Below, piece after piece: positions 1 through 8,926 of a stretch of 22,946 nucleotides of DNA; positions within the stretch are counted from its first letter, which is position 1, and each line of letters opens with the position of its first letter. This DNA is from Candidatus Heimdallarchaeota archaeon (GTDB lineage Archaea > Asgardarchaeota > Heimdallarchaeia > Heimdallarchaeales > Heimdallarchaeaceae): assembly GCA_019057375.1 (NCBI GenBank), contig DXJF01000136.1:1-22946 (forward strand), in the 5' to 3' direction. The position numbers were made by a program, and so were the translations under genes. Below the pieces are notes generated by a model. That model searched no databases. It was not told where the DNA came from and was given only the letters and a program-made list of their open reading frames with translations.

Positions 1-152
1 ATTAAAATATCAGTTAAACCAACTTCTTTCAATTCTTTAATCAGATATTCTAGAATAGGTTTACCAAGAAGCGTAATCATTGGTTTTGGCCTAGTTTGAG
101 TGAGTGGAAAAAGATCTACTCCTTTACCACCTGCAAGAATTACTGCTTTCAT
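1..152 (-). CDS. Sugar-phosphate nucleotidyltransferase (NDP-sugar pyrophosphorylase, COG1208/GlmU-RmlA-like), N-terminal fragment running off the window edge
   Basis: Not in the ORF track. Manual translation from ATG at 152: MKAVILAGGKGVDLFPLTQTRPKPMITLLGKPILEYLIKELKEVGLTDIL, the classic LAGGxGxxLxPLTxxxPKP N-terminus. SD AAGGTG at 162-167. Confidence 0.92.
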   Translation of the reverse strand, partial: MKAVILAGGKGVDLFPLTQTRPKPMITLLGKPILEYLIKELKEVGLTDIL

Positions 153-262
153 CTTCTTGTACACCTTTGTCTTTTCCTAATTATATCCTTTTCTTAATTT
201 ATAATTCTAAAGAACCGTCACTGATATCAATTTCTTTTTCACTCTTTTTTACTCAAAACCAG

Positions 263-277
263 TATATAACTTTTCTC
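263..277 (-). promoter_or_regulatory. BRE-TATA promoter for the nucleotidyltransferase
   Basis: Minus strand reads GAGAAAAGTTATATA: a purine-rich BRE followed by a TATA box, the same layout as the hsp20 promoter. Confidence 0.5.
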
Positions 278-390
278 ATTAAGTTGCTAAAATGTTGTGG
301 AAATCAAAACTATGAAGAATTTATTTTAGAGGTTGAAAGGTTTATCACTTAATAACAATTCTTGTTTATATAATAAAGTGATAGAACACA

Positions 391-1074
391 TTATAGTTCT
401 TGCGATTTAATCTTTGCTAGGACAACTTCCCTATCTGCATACTTGGATGCTTCTGGGTCATGGGAAGCCATAACTAAAGTTGTGTTGTATGCTATACACA
501 TGTTTGAAAGGAGCTCATATACGGTTGTAGAGATTTCAGAGTCTATGTTGCCTGTGGGTTCATCCGCTAGAACAATTGGCGGATTATTAGCTAAAGCAAC
601 AGCTATTGCAACTCTTTGCTGTTCTCCTCCACTGAGGTATGAGGGTTTTTGTTTAAGGTAACGCTCTATCTCAAGCATTTCTACAAGCTCATTAATCCGT
701 TTTTCTCTTTTTTCTTTCACAATTTTAGCTAAAACCATAGGGAATTCAATGTTTTCTTTCACTGTAAGAAAGGAGGCAAGATTATAAGATTGATAAATTA
801 AACCAATGGTTTTGCATCTATAATCAGCTAGTTGATCTTCATCATAATCAACAATATTTCTGAATTCAACAAGTATTTTTCCTGCTGTTGGTCTTAAAAT
901 GCCAGCTAGACAATGAAGAAGAGTTGATTTACCAATACCAGATTTACCACGTACAACAACTCTTTCACCTTTGTTGATATTTAGATTTATTCCTGGAAGA
1001 GCTATTGTCTCAACTTTGCCTTTATATACATGAACTAAATCTAGCACCTTTATTATCTGTTCTTTTTTATTCAT
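391..1074 (-). CDS. ABC transporter ATP-binding protein, LolD/MacB/FtsE family
   Basis: Walker A GKSGIGKST, signature LSGGEQQ, Walker B IVLADEPTGN, H-loop ASHD. The track starts at 1089. ATG 1074 (MNKKEQ) has an AAGTG SD and overlaps the upstream permease stop. Confidence 0.95.
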   Translation of the reverse strand: MNKKEQIIKVLDLVHVYKGKVETIALPGINLNINKGERVVVRGKSGIGKSTLLHCLAGILRPTAGKILVEFRNIVDYDEDQLADYRCKTIGLIYQSYNLASFLTVKENIEFPMVLAKIVKEKREKRINELVEMLEIERYLKQKPSYLSGGEQQRVAIAVALANNPPIVLADEPTGNIDSEISTTVYELLSNMCIAYNTTLVMASHDPEASKYADREVVLAKIKSQEL

Positions 1075-3709
1075 TTCTTTCACTTTCATTATTTTGATTT
1101 TTATATTTTAATCGTCCTGATTTTCTAATTTGTAAAAATGATTCAACTGGTTGAAGTAATCCAAGAAGAATCAAAAAGATGGGTGTGATAAATGATAACC
1201 ATGAGATTTTTAGAATTATTGGGAAATTATTTGATATATTGTAGATAGATAGGATAATTTGAAGACCAAAAACCGCTAGAATTATGGCGAAAGCAGATGT
1301 AAGAAGTGTATGACTTGTAAACCAAAACGATACAGATGAGGTGGATAGAGGTTTCTTCATACCTCTCATCTTCAGAAAATCTAATTGCTTCCTTGCTTCC
1401 CGCTTTATATCAACCAGAATTAATGTAAGGATTACTGGAATCATCAGATTTACGAAAATTATAGTAATTTTAAGACTCTGCAATAGTTGTTCATAGGTAT
1501 ATGTTTTCAAATTGCTATTATCTGCATCATGAAGTACTAAGTTCACTATTTCCTTTTCTTCTAAATAGTTATAAAATTCTGATATATTTTCAGTGTTCTT
1601 ACTGAAACTAAAAATTGCGCTTTGGAATTGTGTATTATTATCACTATCATCATATTTCATTATATACCAAGAATCTCCGACTAGATTTGTGTAAAATGGT
1701 AGATAGGTTGTAAAGTCAATCAGAATTTTTTGATCATAAAATATACTTCCATTTGACAAGAATTTTGGTACAGTAATGTTATCAGAAATTGAAAACTGAT
1801 GATGTTGTATAATTTGACTAGATACAATCACTTTATCAGTAGAACTGTTAAGCTGTTGGAACACCTCATAATTAGAAAGTTCTTGGAAATAACTCGTAGT
1901 AAAAATCATTTGATCATAGAATCTTAGGGGGTTAGTAATATAGATATAACTCTCAAAAATTTGTCCTGAAAAGACACTATTCATATAAGACAATAGATAT
2001 TCTGTACCCCCATACTCCTGGATTATTTCAGGAATAATATCCGAATTCACAAGAATAGAGACATCCATTAATTTTTGAGATGAATAATATTGTTCGCTAT
2101 GCTGTCTTAATGTTATAAAACTTGAAGATAGGAAGGAAGTAAAGAAAATTAAGAAGAAGTAGAGAGACCACAATTGTTTTTTTGTTCTATATATGGATAA
2201 GAAGAGTTTAGAAATGAATAAGTGTAAAGAAGTAAGAACTGATAAAATCTTGGCAAGGGTTTTTCTCATTACTAATACAATTAATTTTGGAGAAAAAACT
2301 AGCATAATAAAGAAAGCAAAGAAACTCAATGAAATTGTCCAAATCCATCCTGTGGAGAGATATTGTGATTGCAGTGTTACTTTATTCAAAGTCCAAAAAA
2401 GTGTAATGGAGACAACAACTAATACCATAGCTGTTGCTTGAATCAAAATACTAATTTTCTTTGATTTAGAATAGTTTCTCTCAGTTTTTGAGCTTGAAAT
2501 ATCTTTATACCTGATAGCTGAAGTTAGAGAATATTGGAAAATAATTACACAAACAAAAATTGTGCAAAGTTCAGCAGACATCAAAATTCTGGAAAATATC
2601 CATTTGCTAGTTCCATTTAGGAATAACACTATGAAAGTTATTAAGAAGGAAATTGCTAAACTAATTATTGATACAGAGATTTGGATAGAGACAACCCGTT
2701 TTACTAATTGTGAGTAACCAGCTCCTCTATCTTTAAAAATATTTAAGATTTTTTTCAATTCTCTTTGGTTATTTTTAAGAAAGAGATAAGTGGAAAAGAG
2801 AAAAATTCCAGTAGTAACTAAAACTAATAGAGATGTGCTTAAAAATGTTGTATTCATTTCTGTGCGGAAAGCAGCTATTCTTTCTGAAAAAATATCATTG
2901 AAAGTTAAAACAATTGTCAAATCTCTATTCTCGTTATAAAAACCATAAAAGTTTAAAAATTCGAATCTTATATTACTTGCCCACAGTTTATGTAGTTTCT
3001 GCACTTTTTGTGGAAGGAAGTTAATTGTATAGTTTTTGTCCCATTTAAGAAAAGTATAATGGTAAGTAGAATCATTTGCTGCAAAACTCAATAGAGTACT
3101 ATAACCAACAGTTGATGCAAAATTGAAGAAAGAATTTTCTGACATAAGAATATTCAAGTTGAGAATTTTTCTGTTTATTACTAAATCTCCAAAATTCATT
3201 ATATCCAAAAAAATGGTCTCGTTTACTGAATCTACCAAGAAAATACTTTCATTGTAAGAAGGAACACTCCATTCAATAGACAGACTACCTAATTCAAAAT
3301 CATAGTTGCTTTGATGGAAAATTATCACTTCATCATTATCTAAAGACAAATTAAGAGCTGTCAATAAATTAGAATTTAATAAGATTAGATTATAATTTGT
3401 GTAGTTCGTGTCACTAGAATTTAGATTAAGCAAGGTTCTTGGAAGCAAATCCATCGAATGATAGTTATACTCTTTGAAACTACCTGTGAAAGATGAATAA
3501 GATTCTAGATAATTAGAGAAATTTTGTTCTACAAGCACCTCTAAATCTACTTCGTTTTGTGGTAATACGAGATTTGACCATCTATCATAATAATCAGATA
3601 CGAATAGTGAGAGTAAAAATAAAGATGAAATAAACAGAAACAAAATTATTACACACTCAACTATTAGCGTTTTCTTCTGACCTTTTTTCAGCAATAGCAA
3701 TAGTTTCAT
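1067..3709 (-). CDS. FtsX/MacB-type ABC permease (about 10 TM, two extracytoplasmic domains)
   Basis: Pattern is TM1, large loop, TM cluster, second large loop, then 3 TMs. FtsX-like cytoplasmic motifs IFKDRGA and FLKMRGM follow the TMs. Coupled to the ATPase and to the upstream permease (ATGA overlap at 3706-3709). Confidence 0.8.
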   Translation of the reverse strand: MKLLLLLKKGQKKTLIVECVIILFLFISSLFLLSLFVSDYYDRWSNLVLPQNEVDLEVLVEQNFSNYLESYSSFTGSFKEYNYHSMDLLPRTLLNLNSSDTNYTNYNLILLNSNLLTALNLSLDNDEVIIFHQSNYDFELGSLSIEWSVPSYNESIFLVDSVNETIFLDIMNFGDLVINRKILNLNILMSENSFFNFASTVGYSTLLSFAANDSTYHYTFLKWDKNYTINFLPQKVQKLHKLWASNIRFEFLNFYGFYNENRDLTIVLTFNDIFSERIAAFRTEMNTTFLSTSLLVLVTTGIFLFSTYLFLKNNQRELKKILNIFKDRGAGYSQLVKRVVSIQISVSIISLAISFLITFIVLFLNGTSKWIFSRILMSAELCTIFVCVIIFQYSLTSAIRYKDISSSKTERNYSKSKKISILIQATAMVLVVVSITLFWTLNKVTLQSQYLSTGWIWTISLSFFAFFIMLVFSPKLIVLVMRKTLAKILSVLTSLHLFISKLFLSIYRTKKQLWSLYFFLIFFTSFLSSSFITLRQHSEQYYSSQKLMDVSILVNSDIIPEIIQEYGGTEYLLSYMNSVFSGQIFESYIYITNPLRFYDQMIFTTSYFQELSNYEVFQQLNSSTDKVIVSSQIIQHHQFSISDNITVPKFLSNGSIFYDQKILIDFTTYLPFYTNLVGDSWYIMKYDDSDNNTQFQSAIFSFSKNTENISEFYNYLEEKEIVNLVLHDADNSNLKTYTYEQLLQSLKITIIFVNLMIPVILTLILVDIKREARKQLDFLKMRGMKKPLSTSSVSFWFTSHTLLTSAFAIILAVFGLQIILSIYNISNNFPIILKISWLSFITPIFLILLGLLQPVESFLQIRKSGRLKYKNQNNESERNE

Positions 3710-6417
3710 TTTTGCTCCTCCAGTTCAAATAAAGGGTTGTCAAACTCTTGGATAGCTGGCAAGGCTTTTTTTAATTTTCTGAAATGAATGAAACCAGAGA
3801 TACTAGTTATAGTTGTTAAATATACAAACTGTAGAAGAAGCGCTAATAGAGAATAAGGAAAAACTGATATTCTGATTTTCAGATAGTCATAAGGTTGAAA
3901 ATTGTAGGAAAGAATGGATGTAAATATCCATCCAAAAAGATTCCCAAATACCATGAGAAAATATAGAAACAGAAGCAATGGAACCAAAGCAAAGAAAATC
4001 CCTTGCTTAATTGATATTCCTCTAGCAAAGAAAACACTAAATCCATCAAGCTGTTCATTGAAAACCTGTCTGCAATATTCAAAGATATAGTAACTTAACA
4101 ATATACTCAAAATTATGATTATTGTGATAAGTTGTTCAGATCTCAGAAATACATCACTGTAATCTGTATCAACAAGCTTAGTGTGACCAAAATCAATCAC
4201 TGAGATGTCGTAATGATACTCACTATTCCATGAATTAATCAAGGATATAAATTGTTCTTTAGTAGTACCGTTTTTCAAGAAAAGGATTGATAAGGTATCA
4301 ACAGATTCATATGATGATACATCAGAGTTGTTGCCATTTAGCAGGACGTAATATGGATTCTCAGGAGATAAAGTAAAGTAATAAAAACTTAGCCAGGAAA
4401 AAGTTGGAATTATATCAACAACATCTATTATCTCCTTTGTGTATTTCAAGTTACCAGTAGAAGAGTGTGTATAAGAAAAATAATTTCCAGTGCTTTTGTT
4501 TATTAGTTCTGATAGTCCCTTTGGGATAATTACAGAATTTGTCTTGTTTTCAAATTCTTGTTTGATATCCTCAATATTCTTTTCTCCTGAATATTCCTCT
4601 TTATATTGCTGAGAATCAAATAAGTTTTGGATTTTACTCTGATTTATGATAAAACCATCTAAACTATATGAAAATGTTCCTTGCGTGTCTGTTAAACTGA
4701 TGACCTCTGTCCTGAAATATGTGTGATAGAAATCTATAGAAGAATCAACATAATCACTTAATTGATTATAAACATCATTACTACTAGCTATTGGATAGAC
4801 AATTGTCAAATCACCAATTTCATTATAAGCTTCATTTCTTATGTTAAAAGTGGCAAACGAATCAAGCACAGAGAAAAAAAGCGATATTACCATCACATAA
4901 ATCACAAGGAGCTTAGCAATCCCCTTTTCTTTTATTAGAACTTTTCTGGAAAGATTTTTAGTATATTTAAAAACTGAATAGAATTTTGCAAATAACAAGT
5001 TAACTAATGTTCCAATTTTTAAAATACGGTGTTTGTTTAATAATAAACTGAAGATCAGTAATACAGCACAAAATATTCCAAATAACCAGTAATTAATGTC
5101 ATTTTCATTTCCAAAAAGCAGAAGATATATGCTAATAAAGAATAAGGTAGCAAGAGCAACAGGAATAAGTAAGATAAAAATCTCCTTTGCTATGTTGTAA
5201 AGCTTTCGAAAAAGTGTAGAATCTATATTCGCTTCGTTAATAGTTCTTCTTGTTTTTTGTATAAGAAGAAACAGTTGAAATGAACCACTCAAAACAACAA
5301 ATGCTAGCACAGTACCTGCAAGTTTAGCATAGTTTAAACCAAATCGTAGAAAAAGTGGTTCTGTAATTCTTAGATAGATTAACGAGTAAATATAACTCAA
5401 GATAAAAACTATTCCGATAGCTTTTATTTCTGTTGAAACAAAAGTTAGTGATATTTGATAATCCTTTCCTCCCCTCATTTTAAATAAAGCAATCCTGTTT
5501 TTCTGAGAATTTAGATAACCTTGGGAAGTAAATACTAAGGAAAGAATAACAATGATTGAAATTAGCAAATAGAGAGATATCCTTTGAAATACTCTAACTT
5601 CTTGAAAATTGCTGTTGAATAACTCTAATTGACCTTTCAATGAGTATTGAATGATTATCCTGTTATTGTTAATGTCTTCAGCATCTACTTCAAATATATA
5701 ATGAATTTTTTCCTCTTCAGTAGCTAGATAAGTAATAATATTTTCGATTGGCTGATTGTATATTTGAGATCTTTTAAATTTAAATATAAACGCTTCCTGT
5801 GTTTCAATTTGACTGAAATATCCACCAAAGAGATTATCAAAAGTTTCATCGTTAATAAACATACAATTTCCATCTATATACTTGTAAAAGAAAGCTTCTA
5901 AGATTTTCATCTGAGCTATTTTACTTAGAGGAACAAATCCTTGAAATAATAAAGTATTATTCACATTAAGACTCCCCTCAAACTGAAAGGATGTAAAAAG
6001 TAACTGTGAAATATTCAAATTTTTATCTCTTAATGAACTATCTATAAGAAATCCGTTTTCTTCAATAGACAAATTGCATTGATTATTGTAAAATTCTTCA
6101 GGTGCCCAAATAACCGTCACTGGAAAAGTTTCAGTATGATTTATTTCAATTGTACTTGACATAAAACCTATATGTGAATATTCGTCAAGCTGAAGTTGTG
6201 CTTGAATGTTAATGTCTATATAGTCTTCTGTGTACAGATAAGAGACATTTTCTTTTATAGCCATGTAATCTGTGAAAGAATCAGAAATTATTTCATCATA
6301 ATTTCCATAATATATTGTTAAATCATTTGAATAGATTGTTATGAAGCAGATTGAAGACAATATCAGAGGTACAATTAAGTATCTAAATTTAATAGATTTA
6401 TCTCCTATATTTAACAA
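3706..6417 (-). CDS. FtsX/MacB-type ABC permease (about 10 TM), paralog of the adjacent permease
   Basis: Same architecture; motifs RIALFKMRGG and FFARGIS. TTG start with a GGAG SD upstream. ATGA overlap with the next gene. Confidence 0.8.
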   Translation of the reverse strand: MLNIGDKSIKFRYLIVPLILSSICFITIYSNDLTIYYGNYDEIISDSFTDYMAIKENVSYLYTEDYIDINIQAQLQLDEYSHIGFMSSTIEINHTETFPVTVIWAPEEFYNNQCNLSIEENGFLIDSSLRDKNLNISQLLFTSFQFEGSLNVNNTLLFQGFVPLSKIAQMKILEAFFYKYIDGNCMFINDETFDNLFGGYFSQIETQEAFIFKFKRSQIYNQPIENIITYLATEEEKIHYIFEVDAEDINNNRIIIQYSLKGQLELFNSNFQEVRVFQRISLYLLISIIVILSLVFTSQGYLNSQKNRIALFKMRGGKDYQISLTFVSTEIKAIGIVFILSYIYSLIYLRITEPLFLRFGLNYAKLAGTVLAFVVLSGSFQLFLLIQKTRRTINEANIDSTLFRKLYNIAKEIFILLIPVALATLFFISIYLLLFGNENDINYWLFGIFCAVLLIFSLLLNKHRILKIGTLVNLLFAKFYSVFKYTKNLSRKVLIKEKGIAKLLVIYVMVISLFFSVLDSFATFNIRNEAYNEIGDLTIVYPIASSNDVYNQLSDYVDSSIDFYHTYFRTEVISLTDTQGTFSYSLDGFIINQSKIQNLFDSQQYKEEYSGEKNIEDIKQEFENKTNSVIIPKGLSELINKSTGNYFSYTHSSTGNLKYTKEIIDVVDIIPTFSWLSFYYFTLSPENPYYVLLNGNNSDVSSYESVDTLSILFLKNGTTKEQFISLINSWNSEYHYDISVIDFGHTKLVDTDYSDVFLRSEQLITIIIILSILLSYYIFEYCRQVFNEQLDGFSVFFARGISIKQGIFFALVPLLLFLYFLMVFGNLFGWIFTSILSYNFQPYDYLKIRISVFPYSLLALLLQFVYLTTITSISGFIHFRKLKKALPAIQEFDNPLFELEEQK

Positions 6418-6467
6418 TCTGCATCCACTCCATACAAAGATTTGTTTATTTAAATGTATTTCTATTT

Positions 6468-6475
6468 AAAAAAAA
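6468..6475 (-). terminator. Oligo-T (T8) archaeal terminator after the secreted protein gene
   Basis: A8 run on the + strand about 20 nt downstream of the 6494 stop. Confidence 0.45.
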
Positions 6476-6493
6476 TGTAAAATGGGTAGTATT

Positions 6494-7126
6494 CTACCCA
6501 ATATCTGAGTAGTAATATGTGAGATCTATATCAATAGTTGTTTTTGGTATATAATCTGTAGTTCTGTACCACTCAACCTCAGCAATATCAATTACCATAT
6601 AATACTCTATTAGTGGATAGGTGGTATGTTGACCCTGTGGGATTTCAAAATTCCAACTATGGAGCCATACCTCTCCTGGAGCATAATACGATGCAGAGCA
6701 ATATAAACCATTGTAGTCATATGTAGCTTCTCCATGAGGATTTCCAATTTCTAGTCTTGCTCGGAAAACTAAATCTTTTTCATAGTCGCCTCCATCTTTA
6801 TCCCAAATTTCAATTATGAAATAGGGCTCGGGATTAAGAGGATATCTCTCAAAGAAGAAATAATTATCTCTACTTATTGTATGTAAACCTTTTCCTAAAT
6901 TACCATAGTAGTCAAAATAGTATTCTCCAGCTATTGCAGTAACTTTAAATCCTATTTCTCCTGCTCCGACATAATCTCCATCATTAGCAAAATGATGAAA
7001 ATTTATCTCTTTTATCGTTATTTCAACATCTACATAAAGTGTATCAGCTTTAACAAAGGATGTTGAAAAACCCAAAGTAGACACCATAACAATTAATATT
7101 ACAGTATTTCTCAGTTTTTTGTTCAT
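6494..7126 (-). CDS. Secreted Tyr-rich beta protein with C2-like Ca2+-binding loops
   Basis: Signal peptide MNKKLRNTVILIVMVSTLGFSTSFVKA/D; motifs NDGDYVGAGE and IEIWDKDGGDYEKD. ATG 7126 has a GGAG SD at 7135-7138 (the track starts at GTG 7135). Confidence 0.75.
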   Translation of the reverse strand: MNKKLRNTVILIVMVSTLGFSTSFVKADTLYVDVEITIKEINFHHFANDGDYVGAGEIGFKVTAIAGEYYFDYYGNLGKGLHTISRDNYFFFERYPLNPEPYFIIEIWDKDGGDYEKDLVFRARLEIGNPHGEATYDYNGLYCSASYYAPGEVWLHSWNFEIPQGQHTTYPLIEYYMVIDIAEVEWYRTTDYIPKTTIDIDLTYYYSDIG

Positions 7127-7530
7127 TTTTTTCACTCCGTTTGATCAGTGATGAGTTGTTGCAAACATTCTCTTGGATTTGTATTTGTTTTTGTTTCAAC
7201 TTCATCAAAGTATTTCTTTAGCTCGTTGCTTTTCTTGTATTCGAATGGATAGATAGGACATAAACAAATCTATGTTGTATGCAAATAATGTCCTAACTCT
7301 TCTCTATTTACGCTCTTTTAGTTACACTAGTAAACTCATCCCTCTTATCAAAACCCAACTAAGTCAGATTAATGATTGATTGAGTCAGCTGTATTAAACT
7401 AGTATTTCTCATCACCAAAGTTTATATAAGAAAGAAACATATATAAGTATATCTCCTGCCATAAAAATCATTGTGTTAACTCAACTAAGATAGGTTACAC
7501 TTTTGGGCAAGGTAGTTTTGGATGGGTGGT

Positions 7531-8886
7531 TCATAAATTAGTGTATTTTTTCCACCAATTTTCAACGAATTTAACTCTCTCTTTTCTCTTCACTGTATAT
7601 CTTCTATGTGGTTTTACTAAGTGTCTCTGTGCTTGGGCTGGTGGAATTAGAAGTTCTATGTCAATCTTTCTTTCAATTTTAGTTTTAATTTTTTGAGTAT
7701 TTGAATCTTTGAATCCACATTTCTTGCATTTATGACCTTTATTACGACCTGCACTAGTCATTCTTTTACTACACTTAGGACAATAAGGTGAAGATTCTTT
7801 ATAGTGATCAGAGATAGTGAGAATTTCGCACTTTTCTAACTGAATTGTATGAATCTTAAGCTCTTTCTTATATTTAATACCACCATAAGCTAAAATTCTA
7901 TCATTTGGGAGCAATTTGTTTATCTTTTTCTTGAAACCTTTACTAGGTTCAAAAGCTGCTAAATCAACTAGTTTTTCGCTATGTTCTATTTTCCCTTGAA
8001 GGATTATATGTCCTCCAAGAAGTACTTGAGGTTTTTTTGTAATCTGAATAATTCCTTTGAAGACTCTGAAATTTTCTACTTGATTGTCAGCATAGTTAAA
8101 ATGTTGATCAGTTCCTTGATTAGTTCTAAAAATACAGTAATTATCCAATGGTTCTTTTGGTTTTACAATAGACGATGCTTCTAATAGCTTATCGGCTTCT
8201 TCCCCTCTAATTCCATAAAAAACAGGATCTGGTCCTGCAGGACAAATTAAAATTTTGTTTGTTTCTTCATCTATATTGTTGAAAACCTCTGGCGATAGCT
8301 TGTTATCCATTTCATAAACCGTTTCTTCTTCTAATCTTCTCTTTGTTCCATAATTATCAGGTATTCTGTATGTTAGTATCTCATATGTAAAATCTTCATT
8401 TCTCGGATTCAGGTTATTACCTATAGCAGCAAGTCCTCCAATTAAACCTCTACCATTTCCAATAAAGTAATGATCGAAACAGTGATTGGTAGCAATATCC
8501 TTTGCTTCTTCAATAGAGAGTACTTCAATTAATGCTCTCTTTGAGAATTCTTTAATGATTTCAGGTATGTTTCCTTTTACTACTACTAATCCTGGGTTTG
8601 TATTTTCATCTGGTTGATAATAGCTTTCAATAGATTTTTTGATTGTAACAATTACTTGATCAACCTCTTCCTCTGGTGTTTTTATTGTGAACCCTATTGC
8701 TCCATTTCCTCTAGTTTTCCATGGGATATTTGGATTATTCCTGATAAGTCTGGGGTAATCCAAAAAAGTGACTTGAGCATCAATTTCTTCAATTATAATT
8801 GTTGCTAAATGAGTTGTGCAGCTTCCCTGAAGAGAATCTGTGTCATCAAAGCCAATATGAAGAATAGTGTCCCTTTGTAAAGTCAA
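7531..8886 (-). CDS. tiaS: tRNA(Ile2) agmatinylcytidine synthetase
   Basis: IGFDDTDSxxGxCTT, NPNIPWKTRGNG, GRGLIGGLAAIG, GPDPVFYGIRG, FRTNQGTD, OB fold AAFEP and C-terminal Zn ribbon CPKC...CKKC. Confidence 0.95.
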   Translation of the reverse strand: MTLQRDTILHIGFDDTDSLQGSCTTHLATIIIEEIDAQVTFLDYPRLIRNNPNIPWKTRGNGAIGFTIKTPEEEVDQVIVTIKKSIESYYQPDENTNPGLVVVKGNIPEIIKEFSKRALIEVLSIEEAKDIATNHCFDHYFIGNGRGLIGGLAAIGNNLNPRNEDFTYEILTYRIPDNYGTKRRLEEETVYEMDNKLSPEVFNNIDEETNKILICPAGPDPVFYGIRGEEADKLLEASSIVKPKEPLDNYCIFRTNQGTDQHFNYADNQVENFRVFKGIIQITKKPQVLLGGHIILQGKIEHSEKLVDLAAFEPSKGFKKKINKLLPNDRILAYGGIKYKKELKIHTIQLEKCEILTISDHYKESSPYCPKCSKRMTSAGRNKGHKCKKCGFKDSNTQKIKTKIERKIDIELLIPPAQAQRHLVKPHRRYTVKRKERVKFVENWWKKYTNL

Positions 8887-8916
8887 CTTAATCCAAAGTA
8901 GAGATTAATTTGAGTA

Positions 8917-8926
8917 ATATAAAAAA
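8917..8926 (-). terminator. T6 terminator of the heat-shock operon, overlapping a TTTATAT box about 30 nt upstream of the tiaS TTG
   Basis: Minus strand reads TTTTTTATAT immediately after the 8927 stop. Confidence 0.4.

Noticed and set aside
104-352. 82-aa + strand ORF
   Set aside because: Overlaps the real minus-strand nucleotidyltransferase and its promoter; low-complexity L/F/S composition.
443-4082. Short ORFs 443-661 (+), 2193-2441 (+) and 3879-4082 (-)
   Set aside because: Antisense or alternate-frame shadows inside the ABC genes, with no motifs.
7321-7501. Short repeats AAC(C/T)CAACTAAG (7352, 7478) and GTTACACT (7321, 7494), plus TATA-like boxes near 7420-7447
   Set aside because: Short, not collinear and expected by chance in AT-rich DNA. 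The promoter strand cannot be assigned and no RNA structure is recognisable.
8820-8850. TiaS motif reads GSCTT rather than the usual GMCTT
   Set aside because: The catalytic DDTD and the remaining motifs are intact; probably neutral variation.
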